A stretch of DNA of 63,275 nucleotides, counting the filler, from Collodictyon triciliatum (lineage: Eukaryota): assembly GCA_043381765.1 (NCBI GenBank). It is 14 parts of 14 records of this genome, joined end to end, with 100 filler letters (N's around TTAATTAATTAA, not from the genome) between each part and the next. Parts side by side here need not be neighbours in the genome. Positions count along the whole stretch, not along the records: positions 23,818 to 28,479 come from JBHJMP010005870.1; positions 28,580 to 33,240 come from JBHJMP010005871.1; positions 33,341 to 38,001 come from JBHJMP010005872.1; positions 38,102 to 42,761 come from JBHJMP010005873.1; 10 more parts are not named here. One strand, written 5' to 3'. A program made the position numbers and the translations under genes. This document shows, in pieces, positions 25,242 to 39,157 of the stretch. The notes beneath the pieces are model-generated. The model was not told where the DNA came from and searched no databases. It worked only from the letters and a program-made list of their open reading frames with translations. How positions within the stretch are numbered: the first letter of the stretch is position 1; every line of letters begins with the position of its first letter.

Positions 25242-25912
25242 CATGAGTAAACATGAATATGACCGAAACAGAAAATTAGTTACTTATCACTTCCTTTGTT
25301 TGCTTGTTTGCTTGCTGTTGTTGCTGCTGTTGTTGTTTTTAAAAAAGAAAAAGGAGAATGATCTACTTATTATGACTCAAAAAATTATGATTGCAACCAT
25401 CGCCATATTACAACTTTCTCAATCACAATACCCTCATTACATTCAGCCTCAACGAGCCGACTGCCAAATTGTTTGAACAGGAAATTCGCAAGCAGAATGA
25501 ATCACTTTTGCAATAAAAGATTAATATCTAAACGCTAATCGAGCATTACATGTAGAGTCCCTGCTTTATCTCCACCACCTTCATGCTTTACATATGTCTA
25601 CTAATTATCTAAGAGCATACGTTCAGAGACTGCACACAGATGTTCATATATACAATAAACACCCCAAGCACTATGAAATATAATTTTTGTTTCTAATTTA
25701 TTTTTTTTTGTAACGAACCAAAAGGAAAATATCGATGAAGAATATTCTATGCTCATTATTTATGACCGTATTTTGAGAAGGCCGTTCGAATTGTTGTTCT
25801 CGATAGTGCTTTTGGTAATTATAATGACTTTGGTCATGGTTATGGTGATGATAATAAGTTGAAAATATTCATGTAATCGATGATTTGATGTATGGTGGCA
25901 TTCCGTGGCCTT

Positions 25913-28362
25913 CTAGGCAAAACAACATTGCTCGAGAGACTCGAGAATGGCCTGCAGACGCCTCTTTTCCCCAGCACTTCTGTGTCTGATGGCCGTGACG
26001 TGGGAAAAAGCTTCCTCTTCTTTTCGAAGAAGCTGCTGCAACTGACGCTCTGCTCCCTACATTTACGAGTCAACAGAAAATGCACCAACAATCAGTAATG
26101 TTCGAAACTGGGACTGTTTGGCAATAGGCGTGTGAATAAAGCAGGATATGGTGAGGTAAAGAAAGGAAAGAAAACTGTTGTCGCGAGATAGATGTACATA
26201 AAGCTGTGCAAATAGTCGAAAGCTATACATTTTTTTCATTTTGCATTCACCGAAAGACAGAATGAAAAATTATCATAATTCCCGGAACATTACAATTATG
26301 TACTCTCATTTAAGGGGTCTACAACATATTTATTTATTTTATCAATTTCATAATAGTACTAAAGTAAACCTGTATTTCACGTTTTAGTTTCACAGCAGTG
26401 GTGGCTGATTTCGAATGCATATTCTCAAGGTCCTTTTCAAGCCGCTCAGAGAGCTCAAGCGACGTCTGTGATAAGTGACAGCAGAAAAAAAAACATCATT
26501 TGATAAAATATTTATGATTTATTCAATATTGGGCGTAAAAAAATGCGTTTTTGTGTTTGGATTTGATATATTCCATCACAAAGTAACCAACCAACGATGG
26601 CGTTACCTTTAGCAAAGTTGGTTTAGGTAGTTGTTTTTCGAGTGCGACAGAATCTCGAAAGTGAATCCCCAGAATCTGTTCAATGTATGGTATGTTAACT
26701 TTGAAATAAGAGTTTCGATAAAATGTACTTATGCTTACTCTATGTACGTACGTATGTATGTATGTATGTATGTATGTATGTATGTATGTATGTATGTATG
26801 TATGTATGTATGTATGTATGTATGTATGTATGTATGTATGTATGTATGTATGTATGTATGTTTTTCATCTATCGAGAACAAAAGAACAATTTGAATTGAA
26901 TATCGTTTCACGAAGAAAAAAAATGTCAGTCGAGAGCAAATGAAGATAATAACACTACGTATAAATGTATCTTCATATTTTCATTTTTTTATGAAAGGTG
27001 GCCAGTCACTCTAATGAGCCGGCGTACCCTTTTATCTACGTTACGTAGCCCAACTTAAATTTTAAAATGATGGAAGAGGCAAAAAAAAAAAAAAAGAATA
27101 AATAAATAAATAAAAACAAGGACATACACTTTGGTTTTCATCGATGCCATCAACCATCGAAATGATTTCATCCCTCAGAATGCGCAGCTTTCGTAATGAA
27201 CTCGAATGCTCAATCTCAAGTTTCTTGTAGAGGCCTTGCAATTCCCTTTCAAAAAGTAAAAATTTTGGTCAGAAGGGTAAAAAAAATATATTTTTTTTAA
27301 AAAAATAGAATAATGGGCAGATATTTTAAAATTCATTTCAAAGAATGATAACAAATCGAAGCACATGTATTCACGCTGGATTGCTGCATGATCTTTTCTA
27401 CGAATATCAACCTCTTCATCCTTTAATATTAGCTCCCTGTTCAATATATACAGGTTAAATATGCTCTACAATATTTCTCGCACATAGCTTACAATCCAAT
27501 ATCCGGCAAGGTTATGTGATTAAATGTTCTTTTTGTTGTTACTTTTAATAAAATTAGACTTCAAGTATCTTTTTTTTTTTAAAAAAAAAATTCGATATAT
27601 ATTTTAATACTTTGTTAGTTTTGATGCCTGTTTTGTGCTCTCTTCCCATGCTTTTTGCTGGAAGCTGAATGTTCTATCAAGAGCAAATGATATATGGCTT
27701 AGCAAAATAAAAAAAAAAAAAAAGAAGAGACCAGGGCTCAAGAGTTTCAAAGAAGTAAGTTAAGCTTCATATCACATTTTACATATTAATAGGGGAAAAC
27801 CTTTTCTTTTTTTTCAGTTCCTCATTTTCCTTCTTTAATTCTACCAATTCTTGTTTACAGAGTGCGTACGACTTTTTTAATGCTTGAAATCGAGTTCTGC
27901 GGGAAGAATGTATTTATTATTTGTATTTGTTCAAACCAAGGAACGGAAAAAATCAGATGCCATCGAAGTGACTATTTCATTATACTATGTGGTTTAATTC
28001 AATATTGGATTAACTATTACGACTTTGGATCTGATGATTTGGCTTTTTCCAAAAGTTCATCCTTTTCAGCAAGCTTTGGAATAAATAATTTTGTATGAGA
28101 TTTATTCACATTCATTTTTTTATAGAAATATATTTTATGGCGTTGATGGAATCAATATGTAAATTTCAAGTCCTGCTTTCTTTATTACCTCTAATAACTT
28201 TCTCTGTAGACTAGCCAGTTCTTCATGAATGTTTTTATTTTCATCAGTCACTCGCTTAATGTCGCACTCATAATACGCAAAAATCTCTTTATAAGGGGAC
28301 CCATCTTCCAGCATCCGAAGTTTTGATTTTAGCTGCAGACCCTCTCGCTTCATATCATCCAT
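25913..28362 (-). CDS. Coiled-coil protein of unknown function, 5' partial
   Basis: Spliced exons MDDMKREGLQLKSKLRMLED.., TRFQALKKSYALCKQELVELKKENEELKK, TSLELSERLEKDLENMHSK and last exon GAERQLQQLLRKEEEAF..LEQCCFA*. Confidence 0.6.
26753..26860. repeat. (TATG)n microsatellite
   Basis: Perfect run; a second (TATG)n lies at ~37134-37257. Confidence 0.95.
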
Positions 28363-28412
28363 CTAAATAGCAAAAGAAACAGGATTTGAATGCGATATTT
28401 GGTAAGTAGTGC

Positions 28413-28479
<67 letters not shown>

Positions 28480-28579
28480 NNNNNNNNNNNNNNNNNNNNN
28501 NNNNNNNNNNNNNNNNNNNNNNNTTAATTAATTAANNNNNNNNNNNNNNNNNNNNNNNNNNNNNNNNNNNNNNNNNNNN

Positions 28580-28678
<99 letters not shown>

Positions 28679-28692
28679 GACAAATTATCTAC

Positions 28693-31600
28693 ATTGGTCT
28701 TCATAATCCCAAGACCAAATATGCCTGAGCCATAGCTGTCTTGTGAGATGGTACTTAGGTGTGCACAAAAGATCTCTGTTTCTTTAAACTAGGGTTATAA
28801 TTTTGATATTAGGACACGCATTAGGGTGAGAGAAATGAATATTTGGAGGAGTTCTACATCTCGTGCGTTTTTTTTTCACCAAACAAAATTAAGCGCATGT
28901 AGACGGTAGTGTACTTCATGAAAAAGGGGAGTTGTGTAGGTTATGTACATTAAAATAAGACAACTTATACTTACCATGATGTCAGCAGGGATAGTGTAGA
29001 GATGAGAGGCTATTCCAATAGCACCACAGATACATAGGCTAACAATTTTTGACTTCCAGTCTATTTTGCACAACGGGCGCGTCTCATTTTTCTTTTCCAC
29101 CTTGGTTAAAACCAGTAAATGTTGCATGAACTTCACCCATTCATCGGGAGTGGAGAAGCCGGCATGAATTTGTTGCAAGCTGGGGATATTGGTAAGATTA
29201 CCAAGAAATGCACCACAGAAAACAACAGTTTAGCAACTATAATGAATCAACTTACTAATACAGAGTCATATTTAGGTGCAGGTTCTCCTTTTCACAGAAC
29301 ATAAAGTACTCTACAATTGACAGCTGCATCCGTAAAAGTAAAGTTAGTGTTAAAGTTTGTGAGCCTTTAAAAAACAGAAAAAACTGGGCCAACAATATCA
29401 AATTTATGCCTATTCACCTGGGGAGCTATATATTTATCGATCAAAACACCCCACGAGGATGACGAATCGGTGTATATTTCCAGGATTTGCTCTAACATTA
29501 TTGCTTCAGTTTGGACCGATTCCATTCTATACAATATTTCCATTATTTATTTTTTTTTAAAAAAACATTCATCATATAATGAAATCAAGAAGAAGAAAAA
29601 AAAAAGGGTCAATCATGATGGGTAGTTTATTAAGTAAATAATACCAATACTTCGAATCAAATAAAGGAAAACAATAATGCTAAGTATCTATCATTGTTTT
29701 ACGTTCGACAAATGGAGCCAACCATGATGGGACACAAGTAAATATTCTCATGAAGGAATTTCATCAATATTTCTGTTGCAGACTCACATAAAACAGGACC
29801 AAGAACATTGAATATGAGGAGTAAATCCTAAACATTACGTATGAGTTATATAGATAGCATGAGATAAACCAATTGATAGTGCGCTTGGAAAGTTGATGTG
29901 ATGTACGTCAGGATCGAAATAGCACATACCATCAAGGCATTCTCGATAAGCCCTTGATCTACATTATGGGCACACAGCTTTCCAAAATATCTTAAGAGTG
30001 TATGATATATTGCTGAAAAGCTGGCCATTGAAATGTTCTGAGACTTTTTTGATTTGACAGGCACCGTAGATGGGCTTTGCGACCAAGATGATATGAAAGA
30101 GAAAGAAGAAATGAACTGCAGAAATACAGACTCCTTAGCAACAACAATTTTTTCGGGAGGATAAGAAGTGAGGGCAGTCAGGACGAATTTAGAGTATGTG
30201 ACCGTTTTTTTGAAGCACACTTGCAAATCGTTTGGATGGCTCAACTAAGTAGAGGAATAAGTTTTTTTTTTTTACATAAATAAATTGGATTTTTCCCCCA
30301 CAATAAAATATCACAACGTTTGGGATAAAAGGATACCTGGTTAAGAGGATGAATTCCAATCATATTTCCAAATATTGTTGATGAAATGTAATATCTTTCA
30401 ATCTTCCTACGAATTCCATAACTGACCAATTTTTCGTAAGTTACCGGGAATTCGAGGCCTTCCACTTCTTCTGGTATGGCTGTGTCCGGGTTGTCCAAAA
30501 TGCACATAGAAATAGGGTCTTGCAAGATGTGCTCAAACCACTCAGGGACTATTGACTCCCACCAATTCGATTTGGTGTTTCCAAGATTCCTATCTCTTGG
30601 AACATATAATAGGATACATAAGTTGACCAACACTAAGGAAAACTATGGTAGGTAATATATTTTATATTACTTCATTTTTTTCAAAAAGACTGAACAAAAG
30701 AATATGCGCGCATACGTGGGCAGTTGCAGGGTAGCCCCAATAATGCCAACGAGGGAATCACCACACTTTATGGGCAACGGAGAGCGGTGAATCAAATAGC
30801 ATAGGGAACGAAGCAAACAGACACCGAAGTTGAGTTCTACTGTCTGGGCATACTGAGGTTCTATATGATAGATTATAAATTATTAAGGGATTCTCACGAG
30901 CGTCCGATGGTACCTTTCTATTTTCAACTTACTAGTAAAGTACTTTAACATCACAGCAGGTAACACAGCGGATACAAATTCATATTTCCTCGGATTGTGA
31001 GATTCTGCTGCATGGCAGTCATACATAATCTAATCGATATATATATATAATTTGTATGGTTAGGATTTAGAGATAGTTTCATGGTAAACCACTTAACATT
31101 CAATCTATACATGGTGAGTGCTTTCAAAACTTCATACCTGAGCCAGCATATCGTAAGTAATTTCCATAGAATCCCAAGTATAGTTTACCAAACAGCTGTT
31201 AACTGCTGGGATAACAAATGGAAAGGCATTTACAGAAAGAGACGTATCGTAAAACTTCCACAACTCCAAACTCACCTAGATAATAAACTATTTCAGATAT
31301 CGCCAAAATGAATTTTAAAACTTAAACATCATATTTCATACCCATGTAAATTCAATTAAAATATACCTGGGGGTAAACCTTAGCAGCGTTTCGAAGAATC
31401 TCAACAAATGACAAAAGTAAATCACGAACTCCGGGTTCTGATTGGTCCAAGTTGGTTGGGGATGCTCTAATAGAGGAAAGAGATGGGTATGTTACGAAAA
31501 AAAACTTGCACTTAGATTAATAGGGTATTCCTTTTTCTTTCACTTTTCCAATCACATATTAAAAGATCCTTACTTTTTCCTCTCACTTTGCAGAAGCCAG

Positions 31601-33140
31601 GGATCAAACACTAATCGGACTCCTGCAAACACAGTTGGAAGGCAATTAGTTACATAAATTCATCATTCACAAGGGTAGAAAACAAATGACCAGAAGGATG
31701 ACATTCTTTCATTTATACGTCCAGTAAAGGAAAATGAGAAATGCGTATCTTGATTGAATCCCAACCTTCCCAGAATACATGAAAGGGGTGAACCATGACT
31801 TTAGAAAAAGTGAACAGGTAGTATTTTGTTATGACTTCCATGTACCCCCGTAGTAAAGCATAAGTAGTTTTCTGTCCCTATAAAAACTTTTTTAATTCTC
31901 GACATTAAAAAAAAACTAGCATAAAATATATAATATTGTCGGATAATTGATACTTACATCATATTGAAATATCAATATATGGAGAGTTGAAAATAGTGTC
32001 ATAAAAAATGAAGTTGAGTAAACAGAAGTGTTTGAAAGGTCGATGACGTGCAGTATCTGGAATGAAAGAACAGGCATCTGATTCTCAATAGCACCTTGAA
32101 AAACAGATCTGACAGCATGTTGGCTAGGTCAAGGAAAAACCGTGATGCAATTAAGTCTAATATATACATGGATGCAAGAAGGACAAATAAAACCACTGAA
32201 AGTAGTCGATCAATTACAATAGTCAAAATAAGGAGTAAGCCATCTTCCGATTTTATTTTATTTTTACATTTTGTTTGTTTAATATTAAGGATATCAATAT
32301 AGAGGTCGATTGGTCTAGCCTCTACGAGCTCTTTCAGCTTAAAAAATAAAACTTCCCATGGCACCAAACTTTCTTTTTTACGAGATAAGCTAATATCCGC
32401 AGGGGGTTTAAACTTTCGCAGACCCATAAAGCATACCCCCAAGATCTGCCTCATTTCGACTAAAGACGGCTGATAATCTGAGAGCCACTAGTGAACCGTT
32501 AAGTCAATGGAAAGTTAATTTCTTCTATTAACAAAATTAAATATTAAAACCTGATGAATATTGAATTTCATCATCATTTCACTGCGACGTTGATCAGGAA
32601 GGTTCTCTATGGCAACAATTCTCTGAGGCATAGGAAACACGGTCAATAAAAGATGTAATGGATTATATTCGATATGGTAATGAAGCATTGAAAAATAAAA
32701 ATAACCTCAAGCATCTTCGGAAAGTCTACACCTGACAAGTTTGGGTTGAAATGGGGCAAAATAAGCTCATAACTTCTGGGTTTGGCCAATACCACTCCCA
32801 ATACGCGGGATTGTTCAGTTGGTATTTTGGATGCATATGCGTCTCCAAGTTCCATTATTATTTTATGGAAAAGCTTTCTAATTGGTTCATACGCTCGAAC
32901 TTGGTCACTGTCAGACTCTATGGTCATGTAGTAGCAGAATAGAGCTATTCTGACATGGCTCTGATATGTTTTCATTTTTAGGTGTAAATATGCATGTGTT
33001 GATTTTCCTCTTAAATTGAGTCTCTCAATACTAGGATAACAATTGAACAGATACAAACCTCCAGATTTACGATTTGGCAGAGTTTGCTCAACACATTGTA
33101 CAGTGTCATGATCGATATGACGTCAACGCCACTGTGTTTG
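28693..33140 (-). CDS. EPG5: Ectopic P granules protein 5 homolog (autophagosome-lysosome tether), internal fragment
   Basis: Spliced PHFNPNLSGVDFPKMLE|RIVAIENLPDQRRSEMMMKFNIHQ|WLSDYQPSLVEMRQIL resembles remembered EPG5 (FFTPN..[31 protein letters not shown]). Long helical multi-exon gene filling the contig. Confidence 0.6.
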
Positions 33141-33340
33141 TTTAGAGTTAGTGATATTTTGTTGAAAAGAAAAAAGAAAAAAGAAAAAAGAAAAAAGAAA
33201 AAAGAAAAAAGAAAAAAAGAGAGGAAAAAAAAAAAAAAAANNNNNNNNNNNNNNNNNNNNNNNNNNNNNNNNNNNNNNNNNNNNTTAATTAATTAANNNN
33301 NNNNNNNNNNNNNNNNNNNNNNNNNNNNNNNNNNNNNNNN

Positions 33341-33438
<98 letters not shown>

Positions 33439-33471
33439 GTAAATCAATGATAATTTTCGAATAAAATCAAC

Positions 33472-36400
33472 CTTGAGCTGGTGCAATACACCACGTGGTG
33501 CCATCGAGCTTAAAAGTTCGTTTGACATTTTAGTCTCCTTCGATATTGATGTACGAAGTAAAAAAGTCCTTTGATTGTAACGGTCCTATCGCATAATGGT
33601 GAAATTGCTTTTATGGTGCGGAAATTCTGTGCACACTAGAGAGTTACATTCATGTCTTTTGGTAATTATCAGCTCTGCGTTTCTTTATGGTTATTTTCAT
33701 CTGATTTTTTCGTAGTATTTTTTTTTGGCTTTGAGATTTATTTTTTCAGTGAGCTTGTGAATGAATCTACATATTATAGGGACCATAACGGTAACTGAGA
33801 GTGTTAATTTTGTTATTTAAACATGCAAACCTTTGAATACTTTGATATTGCATTTAAAACAAAGTATACGATTCCATATGTAATTAGGATTTCCTGGGGT
33901 GGGGTACGCCGATTTCTTGTATTTTCATGACATCGTGTCCTGTCATACCAGCCCTCTTGAAGGATAGCAACCACCAAAGAGATCGATATGACAAAACATA
34001 CTTTGATTGCTTTACGAAAATACAATCCCCCATAATTGAAAAAGAAACTTATCGCCTGGGTTACCCCGAGTGTAACTAATGTTCCTGTGTTATCTCCCTA
34101 AAAATTAGATGATTTGAGTCCATTTTCCATAAAATCATGATATTTTGAAGACAAAAATAAACAATTTGTACACATACTTTCATAACGGAGTTGAATGCAA
34201 CAATAACACCGGCGTAAGTGTACACAATGACCGCAATGGTGACCCAATTTTTCTGAATATTCTTGATACATTCAACAAAACTAAGAACAAAAGACATTCC
34301 TGCAGTAAAAGTTATGCGGAAACACAGTCAGTTATTTGAAATATGGATTTGATTCAAAACGAAAAGTCATTGGGACCTAGAAAGACGGATTTGACTGCAA
34401 CTAGCTGAATAGTGTAAGGAGGACATTCTGATATTTGGATGTCATACACCAAGGTTACAAGAGTTCTAGTTAATTGCAATATTCAGCAAAGTTAATTAAA
34501 ACGCAAAGTATTGGGGAATTGTTAAAGTTTATCTTCTTTTGGTAAGCTTATTTACATCAAGAAGAAGAATATCATATTGTTCCGAAAGTTTCTCAGGAGT
34601 GAGAATGAGAGTTCTCGATTATAATCCTGCTCGATTTCCTGATTGGAAAATTTGAGTGTGAATCGGTCTATATCACCAGCTTTCACGAGTTCTTCCTAAC
34701 AGATTCATGATTAATATACTGATATGAATACATGCAAAAAAAAGTCAGTCCTGGCATTCTTACTCGTGCATGTAAAATTTTAGCTAAAATATTAGATTAC
34801 GAGAAACCTCCAAACTATCCAAACTGAAGACATCGTTCGTATATGCTCTCAAATTTTGGAGAATTTTCTGGTTACAGGAGAGTAAGAAAACTGCATTCAA
34901 GGTTGTACACAATAAATACAATTATAATGATTACAGTATTGTCCTGATTTGGTGTTCGAGTTATGGGCATCCTCCTTGGTTCACTTAAGTCTAGTAAATA
35001 CGTGGTCATCATCCCTTTTCCCTTGACCATAACCTTTTGTTTGTTTTTGTTTTATGTGTATCAACAATAATATATAAATCAAAAACCGTAATAAGAAATG
35101 GGCTCATTCTGTAAAATTGAATAAATAGAAAAAGACAGGGAAAGAGGAAATGAACATCACCTGTCTTTCGATAGCTTTGTACGAACTGTGTATGTACTTG
35201 TATGTTGATGCTGTAACTTGAACATAGGAAACAGGCGCTGTTGATTCCATCCGAGAGGCAGTATTAACCTAGATGTAACAGTGGGACAAAAAAAAATATT
35301 AAACCAAGCTAATTTGCATACGCTCAAAATACCAGTTATTTACTGTATCTCCAAACAGGCAGAACTGGGGCTTCTTCTTCCCAACCACCCCAGAAACAAC
35401 TGGGCCTGTATTGATTCCGATTCGGACTCTGAAAAATTTAAGATAAACATATGGATTTTTGTACTCATTCTTAGCAAAGCTATTTGAAAAATGCCGAGTA
35501 CCTGATTGGCTGACCATTGGAGCGCACAAATTTATGGCAGTCTTTGAGCATGTTTTCCGCAAGCTTTGTGACTGCCAATGCGTGGTTAGAATCAGAATTT
35601 TGCAGGCCAGCACATGCCTAGCATTCACATCAATTGAATAAGTTATAAAGATTGAAACGAAGAAATACTTGCCTCAAAAATGAACAAAATAGGAAAGCAT
35701 CAAATTTGATATACATAGTTTGAATACAGAGTGAGTATATTTCTTCTTTATTCGATTCAAATTGCAGTGTGAGTATTTAATCAAAATGCTGTGTTGAAAT
35801 TTTTTTTAAAAAAATAGGTACCATATAGATCGGACCAACTGTTTCGATTTTTTGAACATCATATTTACTGCACATACGATCGAAATGGTCGAAAATCATA
35901 TCCAATAACATGACAAACTCATTTGGTGATGAGTAATATACAATATCAGCAAAATCTTGAATTTCACAAAACAAAACGGAGACGCTTTTCTGCAAAATAA
36001 TTTTTTAGTTCATGACAGTAAGCAACGTTGGAACTGAAACACCACCATAACTTCAGAAAGGTTTGCGTTGAACAAATACCTCATTATTTGCTATCACCCT
36101 TACTCCGTCCTGAATTTTATTGACGATAAAAGAGGGCAGCATGTTTTCAAGAATGCCCTGAGACCGAAAATTAAGAAAAAAAAGCATACAATTTGTCATA
36201 GTTCATGATAGAAACTTCAAAATTACGCGAGTAATTTTCTTCTCCTTCTTTAACCGCTGCTGGAGAATAAAGTCCTTTCTCATCGATACCTCACTAAAGT
36301 AAGCACCATATGCTGAGATACCAGTTATCAAAGAGAGCAATAGGATAATGATAGCCGACTCGAGAGCATCGCCGGAAATTCTGTTAAAATGTTGATAGAA

Positions 36401-37904
36401 AGGTGCTTGAGATAGTTAAAACAATATGTACTATATCATAAGCAAGCTATTTTGAAGCCCAAATATCTCTTCGTGCAAATCACTTCTTACATGTACACTC
36501 CTACAAATATTAATTGGTCGCAAATGACCAGAGGAAGCGAATATTTGAAACGGAGACCACCAATCATAAAACCAATTAATGGGACAATTGATTGGAAGAG
36601 AAGGCTTTCAGACTTGTTTGTGATCAGAGTCTATACATATGTAAACAACTTGAAGTATACATATTAAGGATAAGCCTAGCATCGTTGCGTTTTAAATAAT
36701 TACCATGGTAATAACTCCAGTTACTAATGCGGTAGCTACCGTCTCTTGGTAATATCGCTTCATTGTTGTTGAAGTTGTAAATATAGTATACATACCTTGG
36801 TAAGATAAGGTTAATCAGACTATGAGATAAAGCAGTTGATTATCATATAGGTAAAATGACCTCTTTTTTTTCTTGGTATGATTCATAAATTTGGGAGGTA
36901 ATTTTCTTAAATCTTTTAATGAAAAGTTACAAGACAACAGGATGATGACAGTCCTTTCATTCACATCGATTTTCCTTTTATCGGAAGATTGAAAATTGAA
37001 TATAAAATCAGAAAAATACAAAACATAAGCTAATATCCACACCACTCGTGTCTGCTTAAATGAGACTGCAAAATGGTAATCCTAAATGTAAGATTGGTTT
37101 GATATGGTGAGGGAAATCCCATTATGATAATTGTATGTATGTATGTATGTATGTATGTATGTATGTATGTATGTATGTATGTATGTATGTATGTATGTAT
37201 GTATGTATGTATGTATGTATGTATGTATGTATGTATGAATGTATGTATGAATGTATGAATAGCTTTAAATGAATATTACTCGGAATTGCTGCTCCAATAA
37301 GATGTCGTTGCTGAATTCTAGTGAAAATTTATTCATCTCAGATTTGTGAGCAAGTTGCGCACTTGACTCAGACTCTGTCGCCCCTTGTTGGTGTACTAGT
37401 CTTGTTTCTGATATTGGCTTTGTAAAGAACCGTGAATGAGAATGATACATGGCCTTATTTTAAAATTTTATTAAGCAAAACTTGAGTTGTTAAAAAATAG
37501 AAATATTGTGCAATATTACATCCACTTCAGTGCTGTCCCTTGTGTTTCATCGTTATTTTCGGCAGAGTAATTAGCATTTAGATTCAATAAAACAAATTAT
37601 ATGTCAATAGATCATATTTCAAGCAAATTGAATCATAATACTAATTAATTGAGTAATCAGAACATACGGAACTGTGACTTTCTCATCAGCAAATGCGACC
37701 TTGGGAACAATAGATACCATGAACTTTTGATCTTCAATAATTCTGCTCCTTTCTGATTGTTCCATCATCCTAGAAAAAAATATGTATCGTTGCTTCTGTT
37801 TTTATTTTCATTAAAGATTTGAGAATATTTGCATACTTTGCGACAAAGTGGATTTCCCTAGCAATATCTAATGGAGCTGGGCTGTATATGTGGCTCCATC
37901 TGTG
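33472..37904 (-). CDS. Membrane-bound class III nucleotidyl (probably guanylyl) cyclase, TM-C1-TM-(C2) topology, partial
   Basis: TM exons precede [14 protein letters not shown]. Then come [91 protein letters not shown], a second TM cassette, and [17 protein letters not shown] just before the linker. Confidence 0.85.
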
Positions 37905-37905
37905 A

Positions 37906-38001
<96 letters not shown>

Positions 38002-38577
38002 NNNNNNNNNNNNNNNNNNNNNNNNNNNNNNNNNNNNNNNNNNNNTTAATTAATTAANNNNNNNNNNNNNNNNNNNNNNNNNNNNNNNNNNNNNNNNNNN
38101 NCAAACAAACAAACAAACAAACAAACAAACAAACAAACAAACAAACAAACAAACAAACAAACAAACAAACAAACAAACAAACAAACAAACAAACAAACAA
38201 ACCGTGCCAATTTATATTTTGCTTTATTTTATCTGTCAAAAGGCGGTCGTAAACGTGAAGAGAAAAAAACTGAAAAAAATAGACAACAAGACCTAAAGAG
38301 TTATTGGAAAGCATAGAAGAAAATAAAAGGAGTTGAGAACAACGATTTTCATAAATATAGTTTTCTCTTCTTTTTTTTTCACTCTCTTAACTCGATTATT
38401 CTTTTTCTTGTATGGTTGAGGATATGGCTCAAAGAATTATAGTTGGGGGAAGAAAATAAAAAAATAAAAGGGGGATAAAATATCGTGACAGCTGTTATTC
38501 TTTTTGATAGGAGATTCATTCAGCATTCCTAGGAGGTCATAGACTTTCTGCACAGCTTGTTTAGAGAAACTTTGGTC

Positions 38578-39109
38578 TTATATCAGATTCCTTTTTCTAA
38601 AGTAATAAACATTGATGACGGCCAGAACGACGATAGTGGAACAAATACCGATAAACCAGTCATAATTATCTACATATTGTCCGGGAACCTTCACGTTCAT
38701 GCCAAACAATCCAACTATTTATAAAGAATCTTTCTAGTCAAAAGCGAAGATAATGAAATAATTTCACGAGATATACAAATGACACTAAAGTATTAAAAAG
38801 AAACATATGTGTCTAGTAATCTTTAGAAAAGGTTGTTTTTTTTTTTAAAAAAAAAATGATGATGATAGTGAAGCATTTGAATGTCCCACATAGAAAATAA
38901 TGCTATCATATTCTATTACGTACCAATGATAGTGAGTGGTAGTAGGACAGTTGCAACGGAACTAATCTTCTTCATCAAGTCGTTGGTCCGATTTGCCGTT
39001 TGGGCGTTTTGGATAGATACCTAATTTTGCACAAGTAGGCATTGATAGAAATTTAAAGGTCACTCCATTAAAATTAAATATCATAACAAGCAGTACGTAA
39101 CTTGTTCAT

Positions 39110-39157
<48 letters not shown>

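Noticed and set aside
25892-26098. Plus-strand ORF with P-loop-like GLLGKTTLL
   Set aside because: It is the antisense shadow of the last exon of the minus-strand coiled-coil gene, which has a proper acceptor and stop.
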